A DNA stretch of 63,964 bases, filler included, from an uncultured Methanoregulaceae archaeon (GCA_964530035.1; 3 parts of 3 records of this genome joined end to end with filler, not necessarily neighbours in it); one strand, 5' to 3'. Counted from the first letter of the whole stretch, positions 21,247 to 30,979 are shown. The notes: generated by a model not told the origin, from the sequence alone. Numbers and translations: made by a program.

Positions 21247-22314
21247 GTGCTGAAGAGTATAGTATTGGAGCCAACACTCGCCGGACTCACCAGGGCGGTC
21301 AGTGAGATCGACGCCCGCAAGAAAGCCATAATCCTGGGTTTTTCCATCCTCCTGGGGATTTTTCTCGAGGCATATATCCACCTCTACCTTGGGATCTCGA
21401 TCGTCTACACCCATTACTTCTACATCGTGATCATCCTGGCCGGCCTCTGGTACTACCAGCGGGCAATCATCGTGGCCCTTTTTTTCGGCGGCCTCCAGAT
21501 CGCCATCTCCTGGTATCTCCTGGGCGTGCCTGGGATCGACTCATTCCTCAGGGCGGTCATGTTCTGTATCGTGGCACTGGTCATCGGCACCCTGGCAGGC
21601 CTGATGCACGACGAACACCTCCAGATCAGGGAAATGAACACCCGGCTCATGCAGTCAAAGGACGCGTTCGAACTGGCGAACAGGAAGCTCAACCTCCTCT
21701 CGAGTATCACCAGGCATGACATACTCAACCAGATTACCGCCCTGTCAGCATACATAGACCTTTCCAGGGAAATGGTGACAGATCCTGAGGTCCTCCGCAT
21801 CATTGCCAAAAAGGAGGAAGTCCTGGACCGGATCAGGCGCCAGATCACGTTCACCAAGGAGTACCAGGACATCGGGGTCCACGCCCCGGAGTGGCAGGAC
21901 GTAGGGGTTCTTATCGACCGCGTAAGGGAGGTTGCTGAAAATGCATCAATACAGCTTGAAAACAATATCCACGACCTCGAGATCTATGCAGACCCTCTCC
22001 TCGAGAAGATCTTCTATAACCTCGTGGACAACGCCGTGCGGCATGGCGGCAAACTGACGGTGATCACCTTCTCCTATCACATCCGGGAAGATGGTCCGGT
22101 CATCACCTGCGAGGACGACGGCGATGGTATCCGCGCAGATGAAAAAGAACGTATCTTCGAGAAAGGGTTTGGAAAACACACCGGCTTCGGACTTTTCCTG
22201 ACCCGGGAGATCCTGGCCATTACGAAAATTGCCATCCGGGAGACAGGAACCCTGGGATCGGGCGCACGGTTCGAGATCACCGTCCCGAAAGGGTCCTACC
22301 GGGTAACCAGATGA
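21247..22314 (+). CDS. Membrane-bound sensor histidine kinase
   Basis: About 4 N-terminal TMs, LSSITRHDILNQ H-box, NLVDNAVRHG, DDGDGI, GFGL. Confidence 0.9.
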   Translation: MLKSIVLEPTLAGLTRAVSEIDARKKAIILGFSILLGIFLEAYIHLYLGISIVYTHYFYIVIILAGLWYYQRAIIVALFFGGLQIAISWYLLGVPGIDSFLRAVMFCIVALVIGTLAGLMHDEHLQIREMNTRLMQSKDAFELANRKLNLLSSITRHDILNQITALSAYIDLSREMVTDPEVLRIIAKKEEVLDRIRRQITFTKEYQDIGVHAPEWQDVGVLIDRVREVAENASIQLENNIHDLEIYADPLLEKIFYNLVDNAVRHGGKLTVITFSYHIREDGPVITCEDDGDGIRADEKERIFEKGFGKHTGFGLFLTREILAITKIAIRETGTLGSGARFEITVPKGSYRVTR

Positions 22315-22355
22315 GGATGTACCGGGCGATTCAAGCTCCCTCAAGGATGTGCCGG

Positions 22356-23192
22356 CTACCCGGTACTGGATAATGTACCTGGTGCAATGGCCCTTCCCTG
22401 CGGGCCCACAGTGATAACCGCATAGTACCGGGTGAACCGTCCGTCGCGTTCCTCCCGGAACAACCCCTGGTCGACGTACTGTCTGAGCCAGCGGGTCACC
22501 GACGGCCCGGATATGCCGAGGGCCCCGGCGATTTCCCCCCGCGTGATCCCGGGGTTCATGGAAACGATCCCGATCAGCCGGCGGCCCGTGTCATGCCACA
22601 TATGGCCAAGGAGGACCTGTTCCCTCGGGTCATACCGGCCATGGTTTTCATAAAGCCGCCGGTGACCTCCGATTTCCATGGCCACGACTTTCCGGAGCCT
22701 GACCAGGGAGTCGACATGGTACCGTACGGTAGGTGCTGGCATACCGGTACGATCTGCAAGTTTGTTAAGGTCTATTCCAGGGTGTTCCCTGATAAGGTCA
22801 TAGATATGGTGTCTTTTCTCATGTTTGAGAACGGTTTTTTCAGAAAGCCGGCGATACCCATGCAGCCTGTGCCTCCGTAACGCCAGGAAAAGGGGCGTAT
22901 CCACCGGGTCGCGGCGGAGTTCTTCCCGTGCGCAGCTCGTCGCTGATTCCCGCATACCATGGCGGAACGGACGCCCGTCAGGTGGGCCCCGGCCACGGGG
23001 GACCGCGTGTCCCTGCCCGTGGTACCCGCCTGCCGGACCCTGTTGCCCGAAGGACCGTGCGGGGGTTACCTGGTCCCTTACGGTTACCTGTGTCGTCTGC
23101 GGGTTTTCCGAAGTACCAAAAGCCAATCCTTCGGCCTGGACCCCGACAAGGAGCAGCATGACAAGGACCGCCAGGGCGGGAAAGCGATTCAT
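22356..23192 (-). CDS. Double winged-helix transcriptional regulator with N-terminal hydrophobic signal
   Basis: RHHIYDLIREHPGIDLNKLADRTGM..TVRYHV and NPGITRGEIAGALGISGPSVTRWL HTH motifs. Confidence 0.75.
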   Translation of the reverse strand: MNRFPALAVLVMLLLVGVQAEGLAFGTSENPQTTQVTVRDQVTPARSFGQQGPAGGYHGQGHAVPRGRGPPDGRPFRHGMRESATSCAREELRRDPVDTPLFLALRRHRLHGYRRLSEKTVLKHEKRHHIYDLIREHPGIDLNKLADRTGMPAPTVRYHVDSLVRLRKVVAMEIGGHRRLYENHGRYDPREQVLLGHMWHDTGRRLIGIVSMNPGITRGEIAGALGISGPSVTRWLRQYVDQGLFREERDGRFTRYYAVITVGPQGRAIAPGTLSSTG

Positions 23193-23380
23193 GGTTTCCG
23201 AGAGGTTTGAGGGAGAGGGATATAAGGGCGTCCGAAGGGGCAATTCACACGCGGTGACATGTAGCTGCCGCAGCCAGAAATGGTTATTATCACCAGGGCG
23301 ACCTCATGGACAGGCCCGGACAGGGACTGCTTGTCCCGGCAGCAATGCTGGTCCGGCACTGATAGAAAGGAGGATAAGAA

Positions 23381-23746
23381 ATGAAACGAGTGATCGCGCT
23401 TATCGCGATAGTCGCCCTCGTCCTGGTCCCCATGGCCGCCCTTGCGGCCGGTCCACAGGGCGGAGCGTACGGAAACGGAAACACCGGAAAACAGAACCAG
23501 GGCAGCCTGTGTCCTGGTGCAGGGCAGTGCCAGGGCATGAATGCCGGACCTGGCGGTGCAACGTCATGCGACGGCTCCCAGTACTGCCAGGGTAAGAACC
23601 GGCAGGGAACTGGTATAACCGGACAGGGGATAGGTGCTGGTGCCGCCGGAGAGAACAGCGCCCGCGGAGGGATGAAAAATACAGACCGCTTAAGGAACCA
23701 GACCAGGACCTGTGACGGTTCCTGTCTTGGGTGCAGATCCGCCTAA
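23381..23746 (+). CDS. Small secreted Gly/Cys-rich protein
   Basis: GGAGG RBS, signal peptide, two CDGS motifs, 7 Cys. Confidence 0.7.
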   Translation: MKRVIALIAIVALVLVPMAALAAGPQGGAYGNGNTGKQNQGSLCPGAGQCQGMNAGPGGATSCDGSQYCQGKNRQGTGITGQGIGAGAAGENSARGGMKNTDRLRNQTRTCDGSCLGCRSA

Positions 23747-23846
23747 TGCCGGCGTGAATGGGATCTGTGGTGTGATGGTCACACCCGCACCTATTTCAGC
23801 ATATATGGCGATAACCGAAATCAGAACATCCAGGAAGTGAAATTTG

Positions 23847-24404
23847 ATGAACCTGACCAGACCAACCCTGATTGCATGTGCCGTCCTGCTGGTGCTGGCG
23901 ACACCTTTTTCAGCCTTTGCCGCACCTGCGAACCCGTTAAACCCGAAGAACCAGGTGACAACCCTTACCGACGCCGAAAAGGCTGATATCCTCTTTATCC
24001 GTGAGGAAGAGAAGATGGCCCGTGACCTGTACACGGCAGCCTATAAAAAATGGAATATTCCAGTCTTCTGGAACATCGCAAGGTCGGAACAGACCCATAT
24101 GGACTCAGTGAAGACTCTTGTCACCCGTTACAACCTTGCCGATCCGGTTGTCAACCAGGCGGGGATATTCACCAACAAGGAGATCCAGCAGCTGTACAAC
24201 TCGTTCCTGGATGAGATAAGCATCTCTCCGAAGTCTGCGCTCGAAGCAGCGGTTGCCGTCGAGAGACAGGACATTGCAGACCTTTCTGATGCCCTGTCAC
24301 ATACAAAGGTACGCGACCTTACCCGGGTCTTCACGAACCTGAAGCAGGGCTCGGCCAACCATGAGCGTGCATTCAGCTCCGTCCTGAAACGGTACCAAGG
24401 GTGA
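23847..24404 (+). CDS. DUF2202 ferritin-like secreted protein
   Basis: IREEEKMARDLY, FWNIARSEQTH, VERQDIADL, NLKQGSANHERAF di-iron-type ligands, plus a signal peptide. Confidence 0.88.
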   Translation: MNLTRPTLIACAVLLVLATPFSAFAAPANPLNPKNQVTTLTDAEKADILFIREEEKMARDLYTAAYKKWNIPVFWNIARSEQTHMDSVKTLVTRYNLADPVVNQAGIFTNKEIQQLYNSFLDEISISPKSALEAAVAVERQDIADLSDALSHTKVRDLTRVFTNLKQGSANHERAFSSVLKRYQG

Positions 24405-24552
24405 TTCCGGCGACATCCACTCTGATGCCATTCCGGACAATCCACCCCGTTTACTCCTCAGGACCTGCACCAGTCGCCAGAACATCCTTATCATAGAACG
24501 ATACATTTTCAGTATCACCGGTTTTCCGGCTGAAAAGGAGGTCTGTACATCC

Positions 24553-24867
24553 ATGAAACGTGTCAAGGTCAATGCCATCATCGATCTCGCCGCCCTTGTG
24601 ACATTCATCATCTCGCTTGTCTCCGGGCTCGTCCTCTACCTTGTACTGCCGACAGGGGGACGGTGGTCTCCGACGAGTTTCGCAGGTCTCACGAGGGCTG
24701 CCTGGCTGAACATGCATAATCTCTGGAGCCTTCTATTTGCTGCCCTGCTCATCATCCACCTGCTGCTGCACCTGAAATTTTTCAAAAACATGCCCACCTG
24801 CTTCAGGCAAAAGGACTCCTGNNNNNNNNNNCCAAAGGGAGCCATACCATTAATTATGTTTTTATAA
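24553..24867 (+). CDS. DUF4405 small membrane protein (3' end crosses an N gap)
   Basis: Two TMs with WLNMHNLWS..LIIHLLLH His pattern. Confidence 0.75.
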   Translation: MKRVKVNAIIDLAALVTFIISLVSGLVLYLVLPTGGRWSPTSFAGLTRAAWLNMHNLWSLLFAALLIIHLLLHLKFFKNMPTCFRQKDSXXXXPKGAIPLIMFL

Positions 24868-24962
24868 GGCAGGTACCTGTTGAGAGGGTGCATGATTCCT
24901 GCTCATTCCTGTTCAACAGGCCCAGATTTAGAAAAAGGTATTACTCCCGCTCCAACCATCTG

Positions 24963-25829
24963 CTACCGTGGAGCGAGGTCAACCAGGGTATCCATTACCC
25001 GTTCCATTGCCTTTGCGGCCTCAGAACCATGGTCAGAGTAAAGGAACGGCCTCCCGGTGTCCCCGGAATCTGCAATCTTCGGGTTAAGCGGGATTGAACC
25101 CAGGAACGGGACCTTTTCATGCTCAGACAGCTTTTTTCCACCCCCAGAACCGAAAAGATCTATTTCTTTCCCACAATGCGGGCAGACCATCCCGGCCATG
25201 TTCTCGACGATGCCCAGCACCGGGATCCCGCTCTGCCTGACAAAGGAGAGCGCCTTTGCAGCATCAAGGGTCGCGACATCCTGGGGAGTGGTGACAATCA
25301 CGGCTCCGAGGATGTTCGGAGCGAGCTGGGCAATCGAGAGAGCTTCATCCCCTGTCCCTGGCGGCAGATCGACGATGAGCACGTCCAGCGCCCCCCAGTC
25401 AACCTCCTCGAGGAACTGGCGGATAGCTACCATCTTGACCGGACCCCTCCAGATAACAGGGCTTGATGTGTCCGGAAGGAGAAATGCCATGGAAATCGCC
25501 TTCAGGTTGCCGGTAATGGTCACAGGCTGCATTTTTTTCCCATCGGATGCAAGGACGGCTTCTTCGGCGCCAAGCATCTTTGCGATGTTGGGACCATGTA
25601 TGTCGAGGTCAAGGAGCCCCGTCGTATGCCCCCGTGACGAGAACGCATACGCAAGGTTCACCGCAATCGTACTCTTTCCAACTCCTCCTTTTCCAGAGAG
25701 GACGAGAATGACATGCCTGACATCAATATCCACCTTCTGAGGAGGAGGACTGCCTCCATGGCTCCCCGGAGAGTTACTGCCGCATCCTTCCTTGCCCTTT
25801 TCACCTGTTCCCCGACTATCACTGCTCAT
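24963..25829 (-). CDS. mrp: Mrp/NBP35 (ApbC) Fe-S cluster carrier ATPase
   Basis: SGKGGVGKST, DLDIHGP, VIWRGP, DLPPGTGD, VTTPQ, ENM..CPHC. Confidence 0.93.
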   Translation of the reverse strand: MSSDSRGTGEKGKEGCGSNSPGSHGGSPPPQKVDIDVRHVILVLSGKGGVGKSTIAVNLAYAFSSRGHTTGLLDLDIHGPNIAKMLGAEEAVLASDGKKMQPVTITGNLKAISMAFLLPDTSSPVIWRGPVKMVAIRQFLEEVDWGALDVLIVDLPPGTGDEALSIAQLAPNILGAVIVTTPQDVATLDAAKALSFVRQSGIPVLGIVENMAGMVCPHCGKEIDLFGSGGGKKLSEHEKVPFLGSIPLNPKIADSGDTGRPFLYSDHGSEAAKAMERVMDTLVDLAPR

Positions 25830-25870
25830 TATTTCCACCTTTAACCTGTCTTTCTCCCGGGTTACCCGGT

Positions 25871-26323
25871 TCACATGCAGCCATGGCGGCCTTGTGTCCC
25901 GTTTCCTGAACAACAGCACCCATCATGACCATACTGCCCCAGGTCCCGGGGGTTGGAACACTGGCAGTTTCCGTCCTCATGGCGGTCTCCCCCGGTACAC
26001 CCGACAAGGCCGGGACTCATCCTGCCGCTGGCAAACAGGTAGGCAACTTCATCAATACTCCCCGAGGCCCCCGGGACCACCGTGATCCCTGCTCCCTCGA
26101 TACGGGACGATGCGCCATGGCCTATCCCACCACAGATGACATGGGTAACTCCATGGGAACCAAGGATAGCAGGGAGGTCACCTTCATGCATGTTCTGCGT
26201 GTGGAGGGGTTCGGTGTTCACGATCTCCGTTCCCTGGACGGTATAGAGCGTCCAGTCACGGCATTGTCCAAAATGGGCTGATACACAGCCGTTATCTGTA
26301 GCAATTGCCAGTTTCATATTCAT
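25871..26323 (-). CDS. NifB/NifX-family (Nitro_FeMo-Co) protein with Cys/His-rich tail
   Basis: MKLAIATDNGCVSAHFGQC, VICGGIGHGA, C-terminal CTGGDRHE..CQC..HDGCCC. Confidence 0.85.
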   Translation of the reverse strand: MNMKLAIATDNGCVSAHFGQCRDWTLYTVQGTEIVNTEPLHTQNMHEGDLPAILGSHGVTHVICGGIGHGASSRIEGAGITVVPGASGSIDEVAYLFASGRMSPGLVGCTGGDRHEDGNCQCSNPRDLGQYGHDGCCCSGNGTQGRHGCM

Positions 26324-26387
26324 TCATTTTCCCCATGGTACGGGCCTGTACCGACTCGGGTCGCCGGTTTCAAGGCCTTTCGTGATT

Positions 26388-26406
26388 ATTACTCATATGG
26401 GCGAAA
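26388..26406 (-). promoter_or_regulatory. Putative operator TTTCGCCCATATGAGTAAT upstream of the NifX-Mrp operon
   Basis: 18/19 identical to 27041-27059, CATATG-centred, immediately downstream of a TATA-like TATTTATT on the minus strand. Confidence 0.6.
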
Positions 26407-26575
26407 ATAAATACTTCGCGATCAGGTCAACCGCAGGACCATGTATAACAAAAACGCGGGTATCAGATTATCTCATTCCGTTCGGATACCCGGGGATGGT
26501 GTACAATGACATCATCTGATGACCCGCCTCTCCAGAAAGGATAATGTACTGTGCCCATGAAACGGAATACCATCC

Positions 26576-27004
26576 ATGAGCGAGCCTCAGGAAAGACCAG
26601 ACAACGACCAAACCCGGTCATGGTGTCAGCGCCGGGGTCGGCCCAGGGCGCCGCGTTTCATTCCGGAAGGTATCACCTCCCGGTGTTATGCGCCCCAGTG
26701 CCGCTCATCCGAAAGTACTGAAAGTGTTGTGCTGCTCCCTGACGAACTTGAGATACTCAGACTCGTTGACCTCCTGGGCCTTGAGCAGGAGGAGGCGGCC
26801 GCCATGGTGGGGGTTTCCAGGAAAACCCTCTGGCGGGACCTCCATGCGGCCAGGAAAAAGATTACCGATGCCCTCCTCCATGGCAAGGCTATCCAGGTGG
26901 ACGGGTGTGTCCTCAGGAACGAGGGAAAATGCCCAAAAGAAGACCTCACCTGCCCGAAGGCAGGCGGCGGGCCCTGTCCGAAACACTGGTGCAACGAGAC
27001 CTGA
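26576..27004 (+). CDS. DUF134 (UPF0251) DNA-binding protein
   Basis: RGRPR, DELEILRLVDLLGLEQEEAAAMVGVSRKTLWRDLHAARKKITDALLHGKAI, Cys-rich tail. Confidence 0.9.
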   Translation: MSEPQERPDNDQTRSWCQRRGRPRAPRFIPEGITSRCYAPQCRSSESTESVVLLPDELEILRLVDLLGLEQEEAAAMVGVSRKTLWRDLHAARKKITDALLHGKAIQVDGCVLRNEGKCPKEDLTCPKAGGGPCPKHWCNET

Positions 27005-27040
27005 ACGGTACACCTGGCAGGGACCATTATTTTTAAATAA

Positions 27041-27059
27041 TTTCGCCCATATGTGTAAT
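27041..27059 (+). promoter_or_regulatory. Second operator copy TTTCGCCCATATGTGTAAT
   Basis: Directly after a TTTAAATA TATA box (about 27032-27039) and facing atwA. Confidence 0.55.
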
Positions 27060-27284
27060 TATGGGTGTGCAGTTCTGCACTTCCAGCAATGGCGCGATGC
27101 AATATGCGGGGGGGAATTTTCCCACAAACATGTTAATGCGTGATTATGGCTTCGCCTCTCAGAAACCGCCCCGTGTTCAACCTGTCAGTCCGGCATCGGC
27201 CGATGCACGTCCCCATGTACAGGTCATTTCCAGGGACCCGTGTCCGTCCCGGGGAATGACCGGTTCTTCAGTGTGAGGATTTCC

Positions 27285-28895
27285 ATGATACCGTCTCTCG
27301 TTACCGTCCGCGGTCTTACCGCCGAATTCAATGGCAGAAAAGTCCTTGACAACCTATCATTTGAGATCATGGAGGGTGAGATCCTCGGGGTCATCGGGAG
27401 GAGCGGGGCGGGGAAAACGGTTCTTATGCATCTTCTGAGAGGCATAGAAGACCCGCCGGCCAGCGGGCAGGTAATCTATCACATGGCGGCATGCAGCAAC
27501 TGCGGAAACATGGGTGTCCCGAGCCAGGCAGGCACCGCCTGCCCGGTCTGCGGGAGGACATGCCAACCAGTTGATATTGACCTCTGGAACCCTTCGATGA
27601 ACGGTGCGAAGGAAAAGATCCTCCGCAGGACAGCAATCATGTTCCAGCGGACTTTTGCGCTGTACGGGGATGACCGGGTCATTGAAAACGTCTTAAAAGC
27701 GCTGGATGATATTCACTACCCCCAGGAGAAAGCCATCCCCCGGGCTGCTGACCTGCTTGACCAGGTCAGGCTTTCCCACCGGATGATGCACATCGCCCGG
27801 AACCTCTCGGGCGGGGAGAAACAGCGGGTTGTGCTTGCCAGGCAGCTTGCAAAGGAACCCTCCCTCCTCTTCGCGGATGAGCCGACAGGGACCCTTGACC
27901 CGAAGACCGCCTCACTGGTCCATAAGATGCTTGTCAAGGCTGTAGAGTCTAACAGGATGGGGATGGTCATCACCTCCCACTTCTCCGAGGTCATAAGCGA
28001 TGTCGCAGACCGCGTGATGCTCCTGGAAGGTGGCCGGATCGCCACGATAGGGGCTCCGGATGAGGTCATCAGCAGGTTCCTGGCAGTTGGCCCTGACACG
28101 AACGATTTTGACCGGTGCGAGATAGGCCACCCGATTCTGATCTCCCGCAACATCTCCAAACGGTATGTGACGGTCGACAGGGGTATTGTCAAGGCGGTAC
28201 ACGATGCGAGTTTTGAAGTGAAGGAACGGGAGATATTCGGTATCATCGGTACCAGCGGGGCTGGAAAGACAACCCTTTCCCGCATCATCACCGGAATTAT
28301 CGAGCCCACGTCAGGAGAGATGAACATCAGGGTAGGAGATACCTGGGTTGACATGACGAAGCCCGGCATTGAGGAACGTGGCAGGGCGAAAGGCAGCATC
28401 GGTCTCCTCCACCAGGAATACGACCTCTTCCCCCACCGGACCGTCCTCGATAACCTGACCGATTCCATCGGGCTTGAACTCCCCAAGGAGCTTGCCCGGA
28501 GGAAAGCAGTCATCAGCCTTACGACGGCCGGTTTTGACAAGGACGTCATCACAGCGGTCCTGGACCGCTACCCGGGCCAGCTCTCCGAAGGAGAACGGCA
28601 CCGGGTGGCCCTTGCCCAGGTTCTCATCAGGGAGCCATCGATTGTCGTCCTCGACGAACCGACCGGAACAATGGACCCGATCACCAAGCGGGACGTGAAA
28701 CACTCGATCCTTCATGCACGCGAAGAGATGGACGAGACCTTCATCATCGTGTCCCACGACATCGGGTTTGTAAGGGACATCTGCGATCGTGTGGCCCTTA
28801 TGCGGGGTGGCAGGGTAATGAGGGTGGGGCCGCCTTCAGAAGTCCTCGAAGAGTTATCGGACTATGAACGGCTTTCCGCAGGCATAGCGGGATAA
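27285..28895 (+). CDS. atwA: Methyl-coenzyme M reductase system component A2 (tandem ABC ATPase)
   Basis: Two ABC domains (GRSGAGKT, GTSGAGKT), CSNC..CPVC zinc insert, IMFQRTFALY, LSHRMMHIAR, no TM partner. Confidence 0.92.
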   Translation: MIPSLVTVRGLTAEFNGRKVLDNLSFEIMEGEILGVIGRSGAGKTVLMHLLRGIEDPPASGQVIYHMAACSNCGNMGVPSQAGTACPVCGRTCQPVDIDLWNPSMNGAKEKILRRTAIMFQRTFALYGDDRVIENVLKALDDIHYPQEKAIPRAADLLDQVRLSHRMMHIARNLSGGEKQRVVLARQLAKEPSLLFADEPTGTLDPKTASLVHKMLVKAVESNRMGMVITSHFSEVISDVADRVMLLEGGRIATIGAPDEVISRFLAVGPDTNDFDRCEIGHPILISRNISKRYVTVDRGIVKAVHDASFEVKEREIFGIIGTSGAGKTTLSRIITGIIEPTSGEMNIRVGDTWVDMTKPGIEERGRAKGSIGLLHQEYDLFPHRTVLDNLTDSIGLELPKELARRKAVISLTTAGFDKDVITAVLDRYPGQLSEGERHRVALAQVLIREPSIVVLDEPTGTMDPITKRDVKHSILHAREEMDETFIIVSHDIGFVRDICDRVALMRGGRVMRVGPPSEVLEELSDYERLSAGIAG

Positions 28896-29044
28896 ACCAC
28901 CCGGAAAATACCTGGAGCCTGGAAAAAGGGTCACTATCCACCAGGGACTGCCATATCAGGCCGGTTCACCGGAAATGGACGGCTCCTGCCATTGGCGACG
29001 ACACCTTGCCGGAGCATCATTCTTCACCCTTTTCAGGAATTTGC

Positions 29045-29587
29045 GGCCTTTTTGAAACCCTTTTCATCCTCGATTTTATTCACCCCATTATAAGAGATCT
29101 CCCTTGCCTACAATTCCAATCATTGGATTTATAAGAGCCCATTTTTTTGTTTCCACCTCGAACATAGAGAGGATTCAAGAGATGATAACCGGGGGGCTGC
29201 TGCCCCCCAAACCCCCTGCATATGATAGCCATGGCAAGCCGTTGGTGATTATTTTTTCAGGGTTGTTTGGGGTATGTTTTTGTTGATTTTTGAGTCTTCA
29301 GCAAGATTTTTTTCGGTTCTCAATCAAATAGAAGGGCCGTGAGACCACCGCCAGGGCGCCCTTCGGGGGCGGCAGGGTATCTTTCCAGGAAGTGGGGGCG
29401 AAGCCCCCACTGATGACCTGATGTTTCTCATGTTTCGGGGGAGGTGATGTTACTGGTATCCGGTAAGGTCGGGAAACGTCCTGAAAGGTCAAAAAATACA
29501 GATCCATTTCTTCAATCAGGCAGATTACCTGGCAATTATGTCAGGCAGGGAAGAATTATTCGTTAAAATTGGGCTTTGTTGAAACCC
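29045..29587. mobile_element. About 540-bp non-coding MITE-like repeat
   Basis: Starts with GGCCTTTTTGAAACCC and ends at GGCTTTGTTGAAACCC. Internal GC hairpins. Homologous to 1-385. No transposase. Confidence 0.6.
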
Positions 29588-29623
29588 TAGTTAGTGATGA
29601 AAATTCTCTGTCCTTTCAGGAAT

Positions 29624-29723
29624 NNNNNNNNNNNNNNNNNNNNNNNNNNNNNNNNNNNNNNNNNNNNTTAATTAATTAANNNNNNNNNNNNNNNNNNNNN
29701 NNNNNNNNNNNNNNNNNNNNNNN
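29624..29723. other. Artificial contig linker (N44-TTAATTAATTAA-N44)
   Basis: Six-frame stop spacer flanked by Ns. Confidence 0.97.
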
Positions 29724-29852
29724 CTTCGGGTATCAACGAGGGATGTTGAGAAGATCATCAGGGAAGGAAAGCTGAAAGGCAAGCGGACGATGGAGGGTTG
29801 GAAGATTAACGAACGGGACCTCGTTGCGTACCAGAAGACCACCCGCAGGTGA
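29724..29852 (+). CDS. 3' fragment of an excisionase-like HTH (HTH_17/MerR-like) protein
   Basis: Manual translation LRVSTRDVEKIIREGKLKGKRTMEGWKINERDLVAYQKTTRR*. 5' end lost at the contig edge. Confidence 0.6.
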   Translation, partial: LRVSTRDVEKIIREGKLKGKRTMEGWKINERDLVAYQKTTRR

Positions 29853-30024
29853 TAGAGGGAGGGAGTGGGTGGTGACCCTTTTCCATCGTTTTCCTAGATA
29901 AAACCGGATTCCTTACAGCAGGATATAAGAAGACTCCGGAATGATACATATGTGACTTTTACGAAGGCGGGACCATACCCTGGCATACGGTATCCAGGTG
30001 GGAGGCCTTGTTAATCGTATCTGG

Positions 30025-30107
30025 GCGAGGGTAGCCAAGCGGCCAACGGCGGACGCCTCAAGAGCGTCTCCAGCAGTGGTTCGTCGGTTCGAATCCGGCC
30101 CCTCGCA
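30025..30107 (+). tRNA. tRNA-Leu (CAA)
   Basis: Acceptor stem GCGAGGG/CCCTCGC, D-arm TAGCCAAGCGG, anticodon arm GACGC-CTCAAGA-GCGTC, long variable arm, GGTTCGAATCC. No encoded CCA. Confidence 0.95.
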
Positions 30108-30334
30108 TCATTTTAATCGCATTATGCCTGTTTTCATGAGTACAAGGCCATTACTGGTCATGAAACGGCTGTTAACTGGTCCGTAATTCCGGTCAGTAAT
30201 GACCTCCGGCACCAGGATCCTGGAAAAAGAAAAAGGCTGATTCTCTGTTGAAAAATGGTTGCCGCCCCTCCCTGAAGGGTAAGTCATCCAAAAAGGCAGA
30301 CTATGCCAAAAGGATGACTCAATACAACAGCTGT

Positions 30335-30904
30335 TTAATCAGATTTTACCGGGGGCTGTCCCTGGGGTCCACTACCGTTGGGCATGGGGCCGTCCCTCGG
30401 CATACCGTCCTGTTTCACCGGAGGCTGGCCCTGAGGTGCGTTTCCCTCCGGTATGTTCCCTGTCCCGGCGGTATCATTCGGCTTTACAGGTGGCTGGGCC
30501 CTGGATGCATTGACATCGGGTTTTGCTGCGATCCCGGTGGGGGCCTTCTCTGTGGTGTTGCACTCCCCTCTGAAGAGCGCCCACTCGTCGCAGGTTGTTC
30601 CATTGGGGAAGATACATACACCATACTCGGAACCATCGGGGTTCTTCAGGATCTTCGAGGTCCCTCCGACCTTTTCACAGTTCACCGATGCCGGGTTTGC
30701 CATTCCGGTGCTGGCCTGTGATCCGTTTACGGCACCTGCCGTGGGAACGGTTGTCGGCACAGTCGTGGTTACCTTTGCCTGGGTCGTCACCGGTGTGGTG
30801 GCCGGGGTCGGTGTGGTCTGGGTACAACCCGAAATAATGGTACATGCAAGGAGGCAGCCGATACATACTGCCGCCAGCAGGGGAATCGATAACCGATTGT
30901 CCAT
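30335..30904 (-). CDS. DUF333 domain lipoprotein
   Basis: ISGC lipobox, Thr/Pro linker, GMANPASVNCEKVGG..GVCIFPNGTTCDEWALFRGEC. Confidence 0.88.
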   Translation of the reverse strand: MDNRLSIPLLAAVCIGCLLACTIISGCTQTTPTPATTPVTTQAKVTTTVPTTVPTAGAVNGSQASTGMANPASVNCEKVGGTSKILKNPDGSEYGVCIFPNGTTCDEWALFRGECNTTEKAPTGIAAKPDVNASRAQPPVKPNDTAGTGNIPEGNAPQGQPPVKQDGMPRDGPMPNGSGPQGQPPVKSD

Positions 30905-30979
30905 AGGAAGGAGTTTATGAATGACCCTATTTAAGGGATCAGGGCGTTCTCACGAAAATGAATGAGGATTCCGTTTTTT

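Noticed and set aside
25871..26323. Nitrogen fixation locus
   Set aside because: NifB/NifX-like domains with Mrp and DUF134 are common in non-nif contexts, and no nifHDK is present.
27285..28895. Solute ABC transporter
   Set aside because: No permease or binding protein nearby. The zinc insert and motifs fit MCR component A2.
29624..29723. TTAATTAATTAA palindrome within Ns (also at 59238-59337)
   Set aside because: Artificial contig-joining spacer. Gene adjacency across it has no biological meaning, so the MITE/excisionase and aglB/YbhB adjacencies were ignored.
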